DNA from: Dehalococcoidia bacterium
Lineage (GTDB): Bacteria; Chloroflexota; Dehalococcoidia; Lucifugimonadales; SAR202-VII-2
Reading direction: 5' to 3'
DNA length: 64,000 bases
Assembly: GCA_965263165.1 (NCBI GenBank)
Contig: OZ253584.1
Coordinates: forward strand, 245,785-309,784
The first letter of the stretch is position 1, and every line of letters begins with the position of its first letter. The position numbers and the translations under genes are program-made. Below are positions 1 through 8,872 of this stretch, piece after piece. The notes under the pieces are model-generated. The model saw nothing but the letters and a program-made list of their open reading frames with translations. It made no database searches and was not told where the DNA came from.

Positions 1-390
1 CAGTGAACACACCAGCTGTCCAAGGTCGGGATCGACGGAGGCCATGTACTTCCAGCGCCGCAGGGGGCCGTAGATCAGCTCGGCGTCGACGCCGTCGCGC
101 TCCATGTCCTCGATGCGCCTGTCCGGGTCTGAGGGATGTAGCCCCTCCTCCGCAAAGCCTGCGGCAAGCATGGCCTGGCCCCTGCGGGTGCGGGCGAGGT
201 TTTGCTTCAGGTATGCGGCGCCCCATAGTCCCAGCGTCTGCTCGCCGGCCACCCAGTAGGCGCTGCCGTCCTTCTCGACCACCCTGGGAACCCGTTCCTT
301 CATGGAGGCGGGGGCCCGCTCAACGAATGTCTCTGGCGGCAGGTATTCCGGGTCCAGGTGGCAGTCCCCTGAGATGATCTCGTAGGCCAT
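1..390 (-). CDS. amidohydrolase-family protein, N-terminal part (gene runs off the left edge)
   Basis: Absent from the ORF track because there is no in-window stop. Reverse-strand ATG at 388-390 lies 6 nt after a GAGGAG Shine-Dalgarno (SD). Translation MAYEIISGDCHLDPEYLPPETFVERAP... is open to position 1. The I-S-x-D-x-H-x-x-P start is typical of COG2159 amidohydrolases. Confidence 0.5.
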   Translation of the reverse strand, partial: MAYEIISGDCHLDPEYLPPETFVERAPASMKERVPRVVEKDGSAYWVAGEQTLGLWGAAYLKQNLARTRRGQAMLAAGFAEEGLHPSDPDRRIEDMERDGVDAELIYGPLRRWKYMASVDPDLGQLVCSL

Positions 391-429
391 GAATAGCTCC
401 TCGAAGTGATGCCCTCTGATTGACCGGGT

Positions 430-933
430 CTAAGGCTGGGTCTCGCGGCTGAAGGAGTCGATTCCGCGCCTTCCGCCGGGGCCTGCGCTGAGCGGATTGG
501 TCACCTCCAGAGGGACCACGCCGGTCTCCCTCAGCAGGTGAACGTTGTCCTGGGACCCGAACTGCTCCACCACCTTGCCGTCGTACATCCGAAAGACGTC
601 CACGGACGTCCACAGCCGGCGTTTGCCCTCCGGAGCGTCCGGCTCTCCGGGAAGATGCCCGTAAAAGTGGACGCGGGCCACCACGCGGTCGCCCTCGCCG
701 AAGAGGTCATCGATCGCGGCATGGAGGCCGGGGAAGGCCTCGCGCATCCGCATGAACGCCGGCTTGAGGCGCTCGAAGCCGTATTCGGGCTCGGGGTCCT
801 CGGGGATGGCGGAGGTGTTTATCTCCACGTCATAGGTAAAGACCTCTTCCAGTGCGTCGAGGTTGCCCTCATTGACAACCTCCTGATAGAGGCGTCGTAT
901 CGCGGCCTTGTTGCGCTCTATGGACACGGGCAA
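430..933 (-). CDS. SnoaL-like / ester cyclase family protein (paralogue 1)
   Basis: 167 aa. N-terminus NKAAIRRLYQEVVNEGNLDALEEVF is typical of SnoaL-like ester cyclases. Tandem with two paralogues. Confidence 0.75.
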   Translation of the reverse strand: MPVSIERNKAAIRRLYQEVVNEGNLDALEEVFTYDVEINTSAIPEDPEPEYGFERLKPAFMRMREAFPGLHAAIDDLFGEGDRVVARVHFYGHLPGEPDAPEGKRRLWTSVDVFRMYDGKVVEQFGSQDNVHLLRETGVVPLEVTNPLSAGPGGRRGIDSFSRETQP

Positions 934-993
934 CCTCCGAGAAGCGCTCGTCCCTCGCGGGGCTGGAGTATCGAGACAACGCAGAAGCCGGCC

Positions 994-1521
994 TTAGAGG
1001 GCGGTGCCCCCGCCCCCGAACCGCCTGGCCCTGCTCCCCGAAGCAGCGCTGCCAAACCCCTCTGACGCATTGCCCATCGCCGTGATGGGCTTGGTGACCT
1101 CCAAGGGGACCACGCCGGTCTCCCTCAGCAAGTGAACGTTGTCCTGAGATCCAAACTGCTCCGCCACCTTGCCCTCGTACATCCGGAACACGTCCACGGA
1201 CGTCCACAGCCGGCGTTTGCCCTCCGGCGCGTCCGGCTCTCCGGGAAGATGCCCATAAAAGTGGACGCGGGCCACCACGCGGTCCCCCTCACCGAAGAGG
1301 TCATCGATCGCGGCATGGAGGCCGGGGAAGGCCTCGAGCATCCGCATGAACGCCGGTTTGAGGCGCTCGACGCCGTATTCAGGCTCGGCGTCCTCGGGGA
1401 TGGCGGAGGTGTTCACCTCCACGTCGTAGGTGAAGACCTCTTCCATGGCGTCGAGGTTGCCCTCGTTGACCACCTCCTGGTAGAGGCGCCGTATCGCGGC
1501 CTTGTTCCGTTCCAATGACAT
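994..1521 (-). CDS. SnoaL-like / ester cyclase family protein (paralogue 2)
   Basis: The track ORF 994-1896 is over-extended. The internal ATG at 1519-1521 (MSLERNKAAIRRLYQEVVNEGNLDAMEEVF) is preceded by GAGGAGGTGGAG. Near-identical to paralogue 1. Confidence 0.75.
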   Translation of the reverse strand: MSLERNKAAIRRLYQEVVNEGNLDAMEEVFTYDVEVNTSAIPEDAEPEYGVERLKPAFMRMLEAFPGLHAAIDDLFGEGDRVVARVHFYGHLPGEPDAPEGKRRLWTSVDVFRMYEGKVAEQFGSQDNVHLLRETGVVPLEVTKPITAMGNASEGFGSAASGSRARRFGGGGTAL

Positions 1522-1618
1522 CTCCACCTCCTCAGGCGTTGGCCAAGGCCCGCTCGAGAACTGGCGGGGAACCGTCTTGCGTTTCTGCGTTGCAGGCAAG
1601 CGTCTGCGGGGCGCCGCC

Positions 1619-2107
1619 CTAACCCGCGGCGGTGGTGGTTGTGAAGAGGCTGAACCGGTTGGGCCTCCCCACCGAGGAGTCCTCCTCCTTCGGCTGCACG
1701 ACGCCCGCCTCCTCCAGCAACTCCAGGTTGTCCTGGGCCCCGAAGTGCTCCGCGATCTTGTCGCGGTACATCCGGAAAATGTCCACCCCCGTCCAGAGGA
1801 GCTGCCTGCCCGTGGGGTTGTTGGCCTGCCCCGGCAGGTTCCCGTGATAGCGGACCCGCGCCGCCACCCTGTCCTTCTCCTCGACCAGGTCGTCAATGAC
1901 GGCCTGGAGACCCGGAAAGGCCTCGCGCATCTTGGCGAACGTGGGTTTCATGCGCTCGAAGCCGTACTGGGGATAGTCGGGCTCAGGGATGGCGGTGGTG
2001 TTCACTTCCACGTCCCACGTATAGATGTCCTCCAGGACATCCACGCGGCCCTGATTGATGACTTCCTCATAGAGACGCCGGATAACTGCCTTGTTGTCCT
2101 GCGGCAT
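1619..2107 (-). CDS. SnoaL-like / ester cyclase family protein (paralogue 3, more diverged)
   Basis: 162 aa, MPQDNKAVIRRLYEEVINQGRVDVLEDIY...; same fold signature as the two genes downstream. Confidence 0.75.
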   Translation of the reverse strand: MPQDNKAVIRRLYEEVINQGRVDVLEDIYTWDVEVNTTAIPEPDYPQYGFERMKPTFAKMREAFPGLQAVIDDLVEEKDRVAARVRYHGNLPGQANNPTGRQLLWTGVDIFRMYRDKIAEHFGAQDNLELLEEAGVVQPKEEDSSVGRPNRFSLFTTTTAAG

Positions 2108-2284
2108 GCGGCCACCTCCCTATTGCGGTGAGACCGTAGTATCCCCGTGATGGAAAGCTCCGTCAAGGGCTATCAATTGACGCATCCCCCCACCCCTGCT
2201 AGAATCCGCCTACTCAAATCGATGGCGCGTTGGAAAAGGTCAATACCGGCGCCTCAGGGCGCCGTTCCAAAAGGGAGGAGAGCC

Positions 2285-3238
2285 ATGCTGATCATAGGTA
2301 CTGAAGCCGGAGCGCACCGGGTTTCCGACAGCGGAGAGCAACTCGGTTCCGCCTGCGATGACTTCTGGTTCAATGAGATTACGTCCGACGGGCAGGGACG
2401 CCTCCTCGGTTCGGTCCGCGAGTCCGGCGTCTACCTGAGCACCGACGACGGCGAATCATGGAAGCCGGTGCTCGAGAACGTGGATGCTTGGACCGTTGCC
2501 GCTGCGCCGAACGGGACCCTCTACGCAGGGATCAAGAAGGGCCTCTTTCAGAGCACCACCGGCGGGGAGGAATGGGAGGAGGTCACCGGCCTGCGCGAGC
2601 TCTCGACCTTCGAGAGTTGGTGCTTCCCCCTGGCCCCGCACATTGCCAACATCGGCTCCCTGGCCTTTTCCCACAAGAACCCCGACGCAATCTACGCCGG
2701 CGTAGAGGTCGGCGGCGTGGTGGGCTCCGCTGACAAGGGCAAGACCTGGAAGGACCTGCGCGAGGGCATCCACCTGGACATTCACACTCTGCTCAGCGCT
2801 CCAGGCAACGACGACGTGCTCCACGCAGCCACGGGCCGCGGCATGTTCCGCAGCATGGACGCAGGCGAGTCCTGGGAGGCTGTCAACGAGGGCCTGGAAT
2901 CCATCTACATGATTCCGGCCATGATCCACCCCAAGGACCCGCAGATACTCTTCACGGCCGCCTCCCAGGGCAGGCCCCGCTACTGGCGCCGCCCGGAGGG
3001 CGCCGACGCAACCATCTATCGCAGCACCAACGGCGCCGACAGTTGGGAGCCCGTGATGAACGGCCTCGGCCCTAGGACCCATGGACTGGTCATGGGCTTC
3101 GCCACGGACCCACGGAATGACGACACCATCTACGCCGGCACCAGCGACGGCGAGGTCCTCGTCAGCCGCGACCTCGGCGAGTCTTGGAGCGTTCTCACAG
3201 ACGGCCTTCCCTCCATCTACTGCCTTACCGCCGTCTAA
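2285..3238 (+). CDS. BNR/Asp-box repeat beta-propeller protein (sialidase-like fold, function unknown)
   Basis: Five to six S-x-D-x-G-x-x-W Asp-boxes (STDDGESW, SADKGKTW, SMDAGESW, STNGADSW, SRDLGESW). Start moved to ATG 2285 (MLIIGTEAG), which follows AAGGGAGGAG. Confidence 0.7.
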   Translation: MLIIGTEAGAHRVSDSGEQLGSACDDFWFNEITSDGQGRLLGSVRESGVYLSTDDGESWKPVLENVDAWTVAAAPNGTLYAGIKKGLFQSTTGGEEWEEVTGLRELSTFESWCFPLAPHIANIGSLAFSHKNPDAIYAGVEVGGVVGSADKGKTWKDLREGIHLDIHTLLSAPGNDDVLHAATGRGMFRSMDAGESWEAVNEGLESIYMIPAMIHPKDPQILFTAASQGRPRYWRRPEGADATIYRSTNGADSWEPVMNGLGPRTHGLVMGFATDPRNDDTIYAGTSDGEVLVSRDLGESWSVLTDGLPSIYCLTAV

Positions 3239-3259
3239 TAGCGAGCGACGCAAGCGATA

Positions 3260-3295
3260 GAAGGCGGCCCCGGTTCGGGGCCGCCTTCTTCGGTT
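3260..3295 (+). terminator. intrinsic terminator after the BNR gene
   Basis: 12-bp perfect stem GAAGGCGGCCCC / GGGGCCGCCTTC with loop GGTTC, followed by TTCGGTT. Confidence 0.6.
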
Positions 3296-3398
3296 ATCCG
3301 GGATTTCCGGCGGCGGGCTTTGATGTTGTGCGGCCCGAAACGGAGTCCGTGGTAGAGTACGCTCCACCGGCAAGGCTCCCCGCAGGATTGGAGGTCTC

Positions 3399-5663
3399 AT
3401 GCCCGATTTGCGCGTCGTTGGACAACCAGCGCCCCGTGTCGACGGCCCGGACAAGGTCCAGGGCCGCGCCCAGTACACCGCGGATTTCTCCCTGCCCGGA
3501 ACGTTGTGGGCCAAGACCCTGCGCAGTCCCCATCCCCACGCCCGCATTCTCCGCGTGGATACCTCGGAGGCCCAGGCCCTGCCGGGCGTGCGCGCTGTCA
3601 TCGCCGGCCCCGACCTGCCGCCCTACCTGATTGGACACTTCATCCGCGATATGCCGGTGCTGGCCTGGGACGAGGTCCGGTTCATTGGAGAAAGGGTCGC
3701 TGCGGTTGCCGCCGAGGATCCCGATATCGCTGAGGAGGCGTTGGCCCTCATCAACGTCGAATACGAGGTGCTGCCCGCCGTCTTCGATCCTCTGGAGGCG
3801 AGTCAGGACGGGGCGCCCGTTCTTCATGCCAATCCCCAGGCTTACCACGGGGCCTACGCACACCCCGACTCGCCGCCGCTCAACAACCTCTGCGCCTATG
3901 GCAGATGGGGCAAGGGCGACACCGACGCGGCGTTCGCTCAGGCTGACCGTGTCTTTGAGCATACGTTTCGCACCCCGGTGGCCCACCAGGGCTACATCGA
4001 GCCCCACGCTTGCCTGGTGTCGGTGGATGCGTCGGGGCACGCCGACGTGTGGGCCTCCAACAAGACACCTTGGACGCTGCGGGAGCAGCTTTCCGATACG
4101 TTGGACCTGCCCCCCGATAACTTCACTGTCCACCCGGTCGCCATCGGCGGGGACTTCGGCGGGAAGGGCCAGCCTCTGGACGCCCTGATCGCCTACATCC
4201 TTTCCCAGCAAACGGGCAGGCCCGTGAAGATGGTGCTCAGCTACGCAGAAGAGCTGCTGGCCATGAACCCCCGCCACCCCAGCGTCGTAACCGTCAAGAC
4301 CGGCGTCACCAACGACGGGCGTCTGTGCGCCCAGCACACCAATATCTTCTTCAACAGCGGCGCCTACGGCGCCTTTAAATGGGTCCCATTCCTGAACCTG
4401 CCGGGCGTCCGCCGCACCGCGAGCGCCTACCGAATACCGGCAGTCGCCATCGAGAGTTCGGTCATCTACACGAACACAACGCCGGGGGGCTTCATGCGAG
4501 GGCCGGGCGGGCCTCAGGTGGCGTTCGCAGTGGAGGCGCACTTCGACATCATTGCCAGGGCGCTGGGCATCGACCCCGCTGAGTTCCGCATGCGGAACCT
4601 CTTGACCGAGGGAGAAACCTCCACCCTGGGAAAACGGTGGGAGCATTTCGATGGCAGGGAGACCCTCGCCAGGGCCCTGGAGGCCGCGGGTTGGGGCGCG
4701 CCGAAGGACGGCCCCCACGTTGGCCGGGGCATCGCCATGCACGAGCGCTCGGGCGGGCCGGGGACGTGTACGGTCAAGCTGGTCCTCGACGAGAGCGGCC
4801 GCGTCACGCTGCTTACCGCCGTGTACGAGGCGGGTCAGGGGGCGCTGACGTCCCTCGGTCAAATCGCGGCGGAAGCCCTGGAACTGCCCCTTGAAAGCGT
4901 AACCGTGCGCTCGGCGCAAATGGACGCCGCCTTCGGCCCGGACGATGGCCTGGGGGCAACCCGCACCACCCACGTCACCGGCAACGCCATCCTCCAGGCC
5001 TCCGAGAGGCTCAGGAGCAGGCTGCTGAAGGCCGCCGCCGTTCGCCTGGGACTGCCCCTGGAACGTCTGGCCTGGGACGGCCCCGACGTCGTTGGCGGAG
5101 ACGGGCGCCTCCGCTTCGAGGACCTAGCGGCAGGCGCAGTCGAGGCCAACGGCTGTCCCATCGAGGAGCAGGCGACGCTCCAGGCTGAGGAGGCCGGCAT
5201 CACCTCGATGACCGCCCAGGTGGCCGAGGTGGAAGTCGACCCGGACACTGGCCGCGTCCAGGTGCGCCGGCTGGTCACCGCCCACGAGGTCGGCGCCATC
5301 ATCAACAAAATCGGTCACCAGGGCCAGGTGGAGGGCGGCGTCGTGCAGGGGTTGGGGTTCGGGATGATGGAGGAGATGCCCATCGAGGAGGGCCTGCCCA
5401 CGACGCTCCACCTGGGGGACTTCAAGCTCCCCAATATCCAGGACGTGCCGGAGTTGGATACCGTGCTCCTGAAGCGCCCCGAGGGTTCGGCCCCCTTCCA
5501 GGCCCGCGCCATCGGCGAGGTCAGCAACGTGCCCACGGGCGCGGCCATTGCCAACGCCATCTATGACGCCATCGGCGTTCCCCTGTTCGAGCTTCCCGCC
5601 ACGTCGGAACGCGTATACCGCCTGTTGCAGGAAGCCTCGCAGAGTAGCCGGCCCCAACCCTGA
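3399..5663 (+). CDS. xanthine dehydrogenase family protein, molybdopterin-binding subunit
   Basis: 754 aa. N-terminus VGQPAPRVDGPDKVQGRAQYTADF and the overall layout are typical of aldehyde oxidase/XDH/CoxL-type large subunits. No adjacent FeS or FAD subunit genes. Confidence 0.85.
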   Translation: MPDLRVVGQPAPRVDGPDKVQGRAQYTADFSLPGTLWAKTLRSPHPHARILRVDTSEAQALPGVRAVIAGPDLPPYLIGHFIRDMPVLAWDEVRFIGERVAAVAAEDPDIAEEALALINVEYEVLPAVFDPLEASQDGAPVLHANPQAYHGAYAHPDSPPLNNLCAYGRWGKGDTDAAFAQADRVFEHTFRTPVAHQGYIEPHACLVSVDASGHADVWASNKTPWTLREQLSDTLDLPPDNFTVHPVAIGGDFGGKGQPLDALIAYILSQQTGRPVKMVLSYAEELLAMNPRHPSVVTVKTGVTNDGRLCAQHTNIFFNSGAYGAFKWVPFLNLPGVRRTASAYRIPAVAIESSVIYTNTTPGGFMRGPGGPQVAFAVEAHFDIIARALGIDPAEFRMRNLLTEGETSTLGKRWEHFDGRETLARALEAAGWGAPKDGPHVGRGIAMHERSGGPGTCTVKLVLDESGRVTLLTAVYEAGQGALTSLGQIAAEALELPLESVTVRSAQMDAAFGPDDGLGATRTTHVTGNAILQASERLRSRLLKAAAVRLGLPLERLAWDGPDVVGGDGRLRFEDLAAGAVEANGCPIEEQATLQAEEAGITSMTAQVAEVEVDPDTGRVQVRRLVTAHEVGAIINKIGHQGQVEGGVVQGLGFGMMEEMPIEEGLPTTLHLGDFKLPNIQDVPELDTVLLKRPEGSAPFQARAIGEVSNVPTGAAIANAIYDAIGVPLFELPATSERVYRLLQEASQSSRPQP

Positions 5664-5722
5664 GCGCGCCCCCGTTCCGGGGGCGCCTACGCGTACGCGG
5701 ACGGAGGTTTGACACGAAACGC

Positions 5723-6556
5723 TTGCTGATAAGGTACCGCTGGGAGTTGGGGCTGTTCGCTGGGATCCCCCTGGCATACTCGATAGTGCAGTCCCTGGCT
5801 CTATTCCTGTTCACCGCGTTCAGCGACGCCTCATCCTCCTCTTACTCGGCAGGCCTCTTCACGACACACCGCCCAACATTGGGCATTGCGAGTATGGGCG
5901 CTGTGGTTCTGTTGGGCGTCTCCTACCCCTATGTCCGGCGTCTGGGGCGAGACCTTCTGTCCCTGGTCTGGGGGTTCTCCATCACGGCCGCAGCCATCGC
6001 CGCGGCGTACAATATCGGATTGGTATTCCCTGAGCCCCTGGTTCTCGGCCCGATTGGAACCAATGAATGGTCCCTAGCGCTATTCCTAGTCCCCAGTCTC
6101 GTGAGACTCCCAGTGCTGCTTTGGCTCGCCCGACAGGCGTCGCGATTCAGCCTGCTCCATGCCTTGTTTCTGGTCTCAATTGCTGAAGTTGGGTTGTTCC
6201 GTCTATTGTCGTACAGCCACGGCCTATCGGTATTGCCGTTGCCGTTCAACGTGGTTGCCATTCTTACATTCACGCTCCTGCTAGTCTGGCTACTGGGGAA
6301 CTTTGAATCGAGCGGCCCTGTGTTCCGCTGGGGGGCTGTGGCTGCGTTATTGGCATCGGCTGGCGCCTTTTACGGATGGACGCTCGTCACCATAGTATTT
6401 ATACCAGTGTTGACGGTGGACTTGAACCTGCAAGAATGGCTCATAGCATTCCCTCTTTTCTTCCTCACCTTCAAGGGACCTCTCTTTTTGGTGACCACCC
6501 TCGCCCTGGCCTACCTCGTGCGGGTGCGGCGGCCCGCGGTCGAGGCGGAGGCGTAG
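5723..6556 (+). CDS. polytopic membrane protein, unknown function
   Basis: 277 aa with 7-8 hydrophobic segments. TTG start; no recognisable motif. Confidence 0.45.
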   Translation: MLIRYRWELGLFAGIPLAYSIVQSLALFLFTAFSDASSSSYSAGLFTTHRPTLGIASMGAVVLLGVSYPYVRRLGRDLLSLVWGFSITAAAIAAAYNIGLVFPEPLVLGPIGTNEWSLALFLVPSLVRLPVLLWLARQASRFSLLHALFLVSIAEVGLFRLLSYSHGLSVLPLPFNVVAILTFTLLLVWLLGNFESSGPVFRWGAVAALLASAGAFYGWTLVTIVFIPVLTVDLNLQEWLIAFPLFFLTFKGPLFLVTTLALAYLVRVRRPAVEAEA

Positions 6557-6853
6557 CCATGATGATCATCATGGCTGCCCGAATCGCCGGGCAAAGCTTC
6601 GGCCGCCATCTGGCGATGGGCGGTTTCTAGCCAAGACCCAGGAAGTCGCGGCGCTCACCGGCCATCCCGCCTAGGGATGCGCTGAACAAGCCCCCATCCC
6701 TCCCGTCCCTTCCCTCAAGCGGGGTGCAGGGGGCGCAACCCCCGCCGGGGGTACAACGACTCCCCCTGTACCCAAGAACGTTGGAGGGTGGTGCGGGCGG
6801 GATAGCGGCGCAGGCCAAACCAGACCCCCCGTCCAGGTTATGCCACACCCCCA

Positions 6854-6882
6854 TTGCAAAATAAGAACGATTGTGCTATAGT
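6854..6882 (+). promoter_or_regulatory. near-consensus sigma70-type promoter (TTGCAA-17 nt-TATAGT with TGc extended -10)
   Basis: TTGCAA at 6854-6859, 17-nt spacer, TGCTATAGT at 6874-6882. No credible ORF for the next ~410 nt. Confidence 0.45.
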
Positions 6883-7079
6883 GCTCCTATGAAGTCAGCC
6901 GACAGCCCGCTTCTCTTCTTCGGAGCCTGCCGCATACATGAGCACTGCGCTAACCACAGAGAATCCCCCTGTGGCAGGGGCGCTGTGGGAACAACCCAAG
7001 GGGCAAGACCGTCCGAGGAAGGCTGGGACCGGAGTGAATGCCGTTGTAAGGCACAGGCTCTTTGGAGCCATCCAACTCC

Positions 7080-7194
7080 GTAACGGCTCGTAAGATTAGT
7101 AACGGCTCCGTAACGACTAGTAACCGCTCCGTAACCGCTGTGTAACGGCCTGTAACGGCCATGTAATAGCTGGTAATGCCTTTGTAACGGCTCC
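7080..7194 (+). repeat. array of 11 tandem GTAAC-core units with a 9-11 nt period
   Basis: Units in order: GTAACGGCTC, GTAAGATTA, GTAACGGCTCC, GTAACGACTA, GTAACCGCTCC, GTAACCGCTGT, GTAACGGCCT, GTAACGGCCAT, GTAATAGCTG, GTAATGCCTTT, GTAACGGCTCC. Confidence 0.85.
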
Positions 7195-7300
7195 ACGCCT
7201 GCAAACCCCGAAATCCGGCTGATAAATGTTACAAACATACCTACAATCAAAGGCCTAACCCGCCCCGGAAGTTATGCAAGGTCTCAGAAACGGAGAAGCC

Positions 7301-8161
7301 ATGAAGGTAGCCATAGGAAGCCCCAGCGTAGTCAAAGGCGCCGGCGGACGTTTGCTGTTGGATTGGGCATCCAGGGTGGATGCCGGCCCATTCTCCAGCC
7401 TCGGCAGCCTGGACATCGTCTCGTCCTACGGCTACGAGCCACTGGCCGTGCTGGCGGCGGCGGCGGCGGTAACTCAGAGGGTGCGCCTGATGACCAACAT
7501 CATGCTTGGGCCCGTGAGGAATTCCTTGATCCTGGCGAAGCAGGCCCTGAGCATCGATGCGATTTCCGGCGGGCGTCTCTCCCTTGGCCTCGCCGTGGGG
7601 AGTCGAGAGGACGACTACTACGGCTCTCCGACGCCCTACCGGAGGCGAGGTCGTGGATTTGAGGAGCAATTGGCCCTCATCAAGCGCCTCTGGGCCGGGG
7701 AATCCACGCGGCAGGGTGGAGGCCCGGTGGGTCCCCCCTCAGCGCAACCCAACGGGCCGGAGCTTCTCGTCGGCGGTTATTCTCCCCAGGCTCTCGCTCG
7801 GGCGGGGCGATTGGCCGATGGATACATAGCGTCGGGCGCCTCTCCGGACCAGGCTTTGGCCGCCTTCACCAAGACGGAGGAGTCATGGAACGCCTCGGGC
7901 CGCGCGGGGACGTTCCGTTTCCTGGTGATGCAGACCTTTGCGCTCGGACCGAGGGCGCAAGAGGCAGGCGAGGCCTATGTTCGCAGCTTCTACGGCGCTT
8001 CCGGGGCAATGCAGATGGTGCTCGACACCTTTCTGCGGACGCCTGAGCAGGTGCGGGACGCCCTCCGCGCCTATGCAGACGTGGGCGTGGATGAATTCAT
8101 CCTTTCGCCGTCCATAGCCGAGCTCGACCAGATAGACCGCCTGGCTGACCTCATTGGATAA
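7301..8161 (+). CDS. LLM-class (luciferase-like) flavin/F420-dependent oxidoreductase
   Basis: MKVAIGSPS...LDIVSSYGYEPLAVLAAAAAVTQRVRLMTNI...GGRLSLGLAVG is an LLM TIM-barrel signature. ATG 7301 follows GGAGAAG. Confidence 0.8.
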   Translation: MKVAIGSPSVVKGAGGRLLLDWASRVDAGPFSSLGSLDIVSSYGYEPLAVLAAAAAVTQRVRLMTNIMLGPVRNSLILAKQALSIDAISGGRLSLGLAVGSREDDYYGSPTPYRRRGRGFEEQLALIKRLWAGESTRQGGGPVGPPSAQPNGPELLVGGYSPQALARAGRLADGYIASGASPDQALAAFTKTEESWNASGRAGTFRFLVMQTFALGPRAQEAGEAYVRSFYGASGAMQMVLDTFLRTPEQVRDALRAYADVGVDEFILSPSIAELDQIDRLADLIG

Positions 8162-8227
8162 AACGTAGGCGCCGGGGGGAGGCTGGGGCCGACCCCCTCT
8201 CCCGCCATGCCAACAAAAAGGCATGGC

Positions 8228-8614
8228 CTACCAGAGCCGGCGAACGCCGTATCGGTCGAAGAAGGATTCACTTGATATGAGAACGAGGTTGCCCAACAAC
8301 GCCTGTGCGATGAGTATCCTATCGAACGGGTCGCGATGAGGTCCCGGCAGCGACCCTGCCCGGGCAGCGTCGTCCACGGTGATTGGCAGCGCTTCAAAGC
8401 CCTCGCCGGCGATGGCGCCGGCAACGTCCTCCGCAAACTCCTCGGCGCCTGGAAGCTTGCCGAGACGGACCTTGGTGGTGATCTCCCAAGCAGACGCCGC
8501 GCTTATCAGTTTGTCGTTCTCGTCATCGGCGATGGCGCGTTGGGCAGCGACCGGCAACCGGTTGCTGCCAGCAAGCCACCATATGAGCGCGTGGGTGTCG
8601 AGCAGGAGCCGCAA
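8228..8614 (-). CDS. vapC: type II toxin VapC (PIN domain)
   Basis: MRLLLDTHALIWW...SAASAWEITTK...PHRDPFDRILIAQA shows the canonical PIN acidic residues. It lies 3 nt downstream of the antitoxin gene. Confidence 0.85.
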   Translation of the reverse strand: MRLLLDTHALIWWLAGSNRLPVAAQRAIADDENDKLISAASAWEITTKVRLGKLPGAEEFAEDVAGAIAGEGFEALPITVDDAARAGSLPGPHRDPFDRILIAQALLGNLVLISSESFFDRYGVRRLW

Positions 8615-8617
8615 CGA

Positions 8618-8872
8618 TCAACCCTCCGAACTATCATTCCCACTGCCCTCCCAGAGGGCTAACTCCTCCTCCGGGAGCGGGTCGAAGAAACTGTCGTCGA
8701 GCGTTATCCGGCCCTTCCAGGAGCCGAATCCTCGCTTCCCCTTGCGCTCGTACCCCACCAATCGCGCCACCGGCTTGCCGTTGCGGGCGATGACGACATC
8801 CTCTCCTGCCTCGACCTGCGCAAGCAGGCGCGACAGGTTGGTCTTCGCTTCATGGACGTTCACCATTGCCAT
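8618..8872 (-). CDS. Phd/YefM-type antitoxin partner of VapC
   Basis: MAMVNVHEAKTNLSRLLAQVEAGEDVVIARNGKPVARLV. Start moved to ATG 8872, which has a GGAG SD. Confidence 0.8.
   Translation of the reverse strand: MAMVNVHEAKTNLSRLLAQVEAGEDVVIARNGKPVARLVGYERKGKRGFGSWKGRITLDDSFFDPLPEEELALWEGSGNDSSEG

Noticed and set aside
5664-5687. GC-rich hairpin GCGCCCCCG-TTC-CGGGGGCGC after the XDH-family gene, considered as a terminator.
   Set aside because: It has a 9-bp stem but no downstream T tract. It may be a terminator in this high-GC host, but support is too weak to list it as a feature.
7080-7194. GTAAC repeat array considered as a CRISPR array or minisatellite.
   Set aside because: The period is only 9-11 nt with no spacers, and there are no cas genes. 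It is not a CRISPR array and is kept as an unexplained regulatory or RNA repeat.
6897-7238. Possible RNase P RNA. The 5' part GAAGTCAGCCGACAGCCCGCTTC resembles the E. coli M1 RNA start (GAAGCUGACCAGACAGUCGCCGCUUC). The 3' part CCGGCTGATAA resembles CCGGCUUAUCGG. Several GGUAA-like elements are present.
   Set aside because: The universally conserved P4 and CR elements (GAGGAAAGUCCGGGC, AGGGUGAAA..GGUAAGAGC, ACAGAA.CCGGCUUA) are not present. The GTAAC units are far too regular. An Rfam scan should still be run to be sure.
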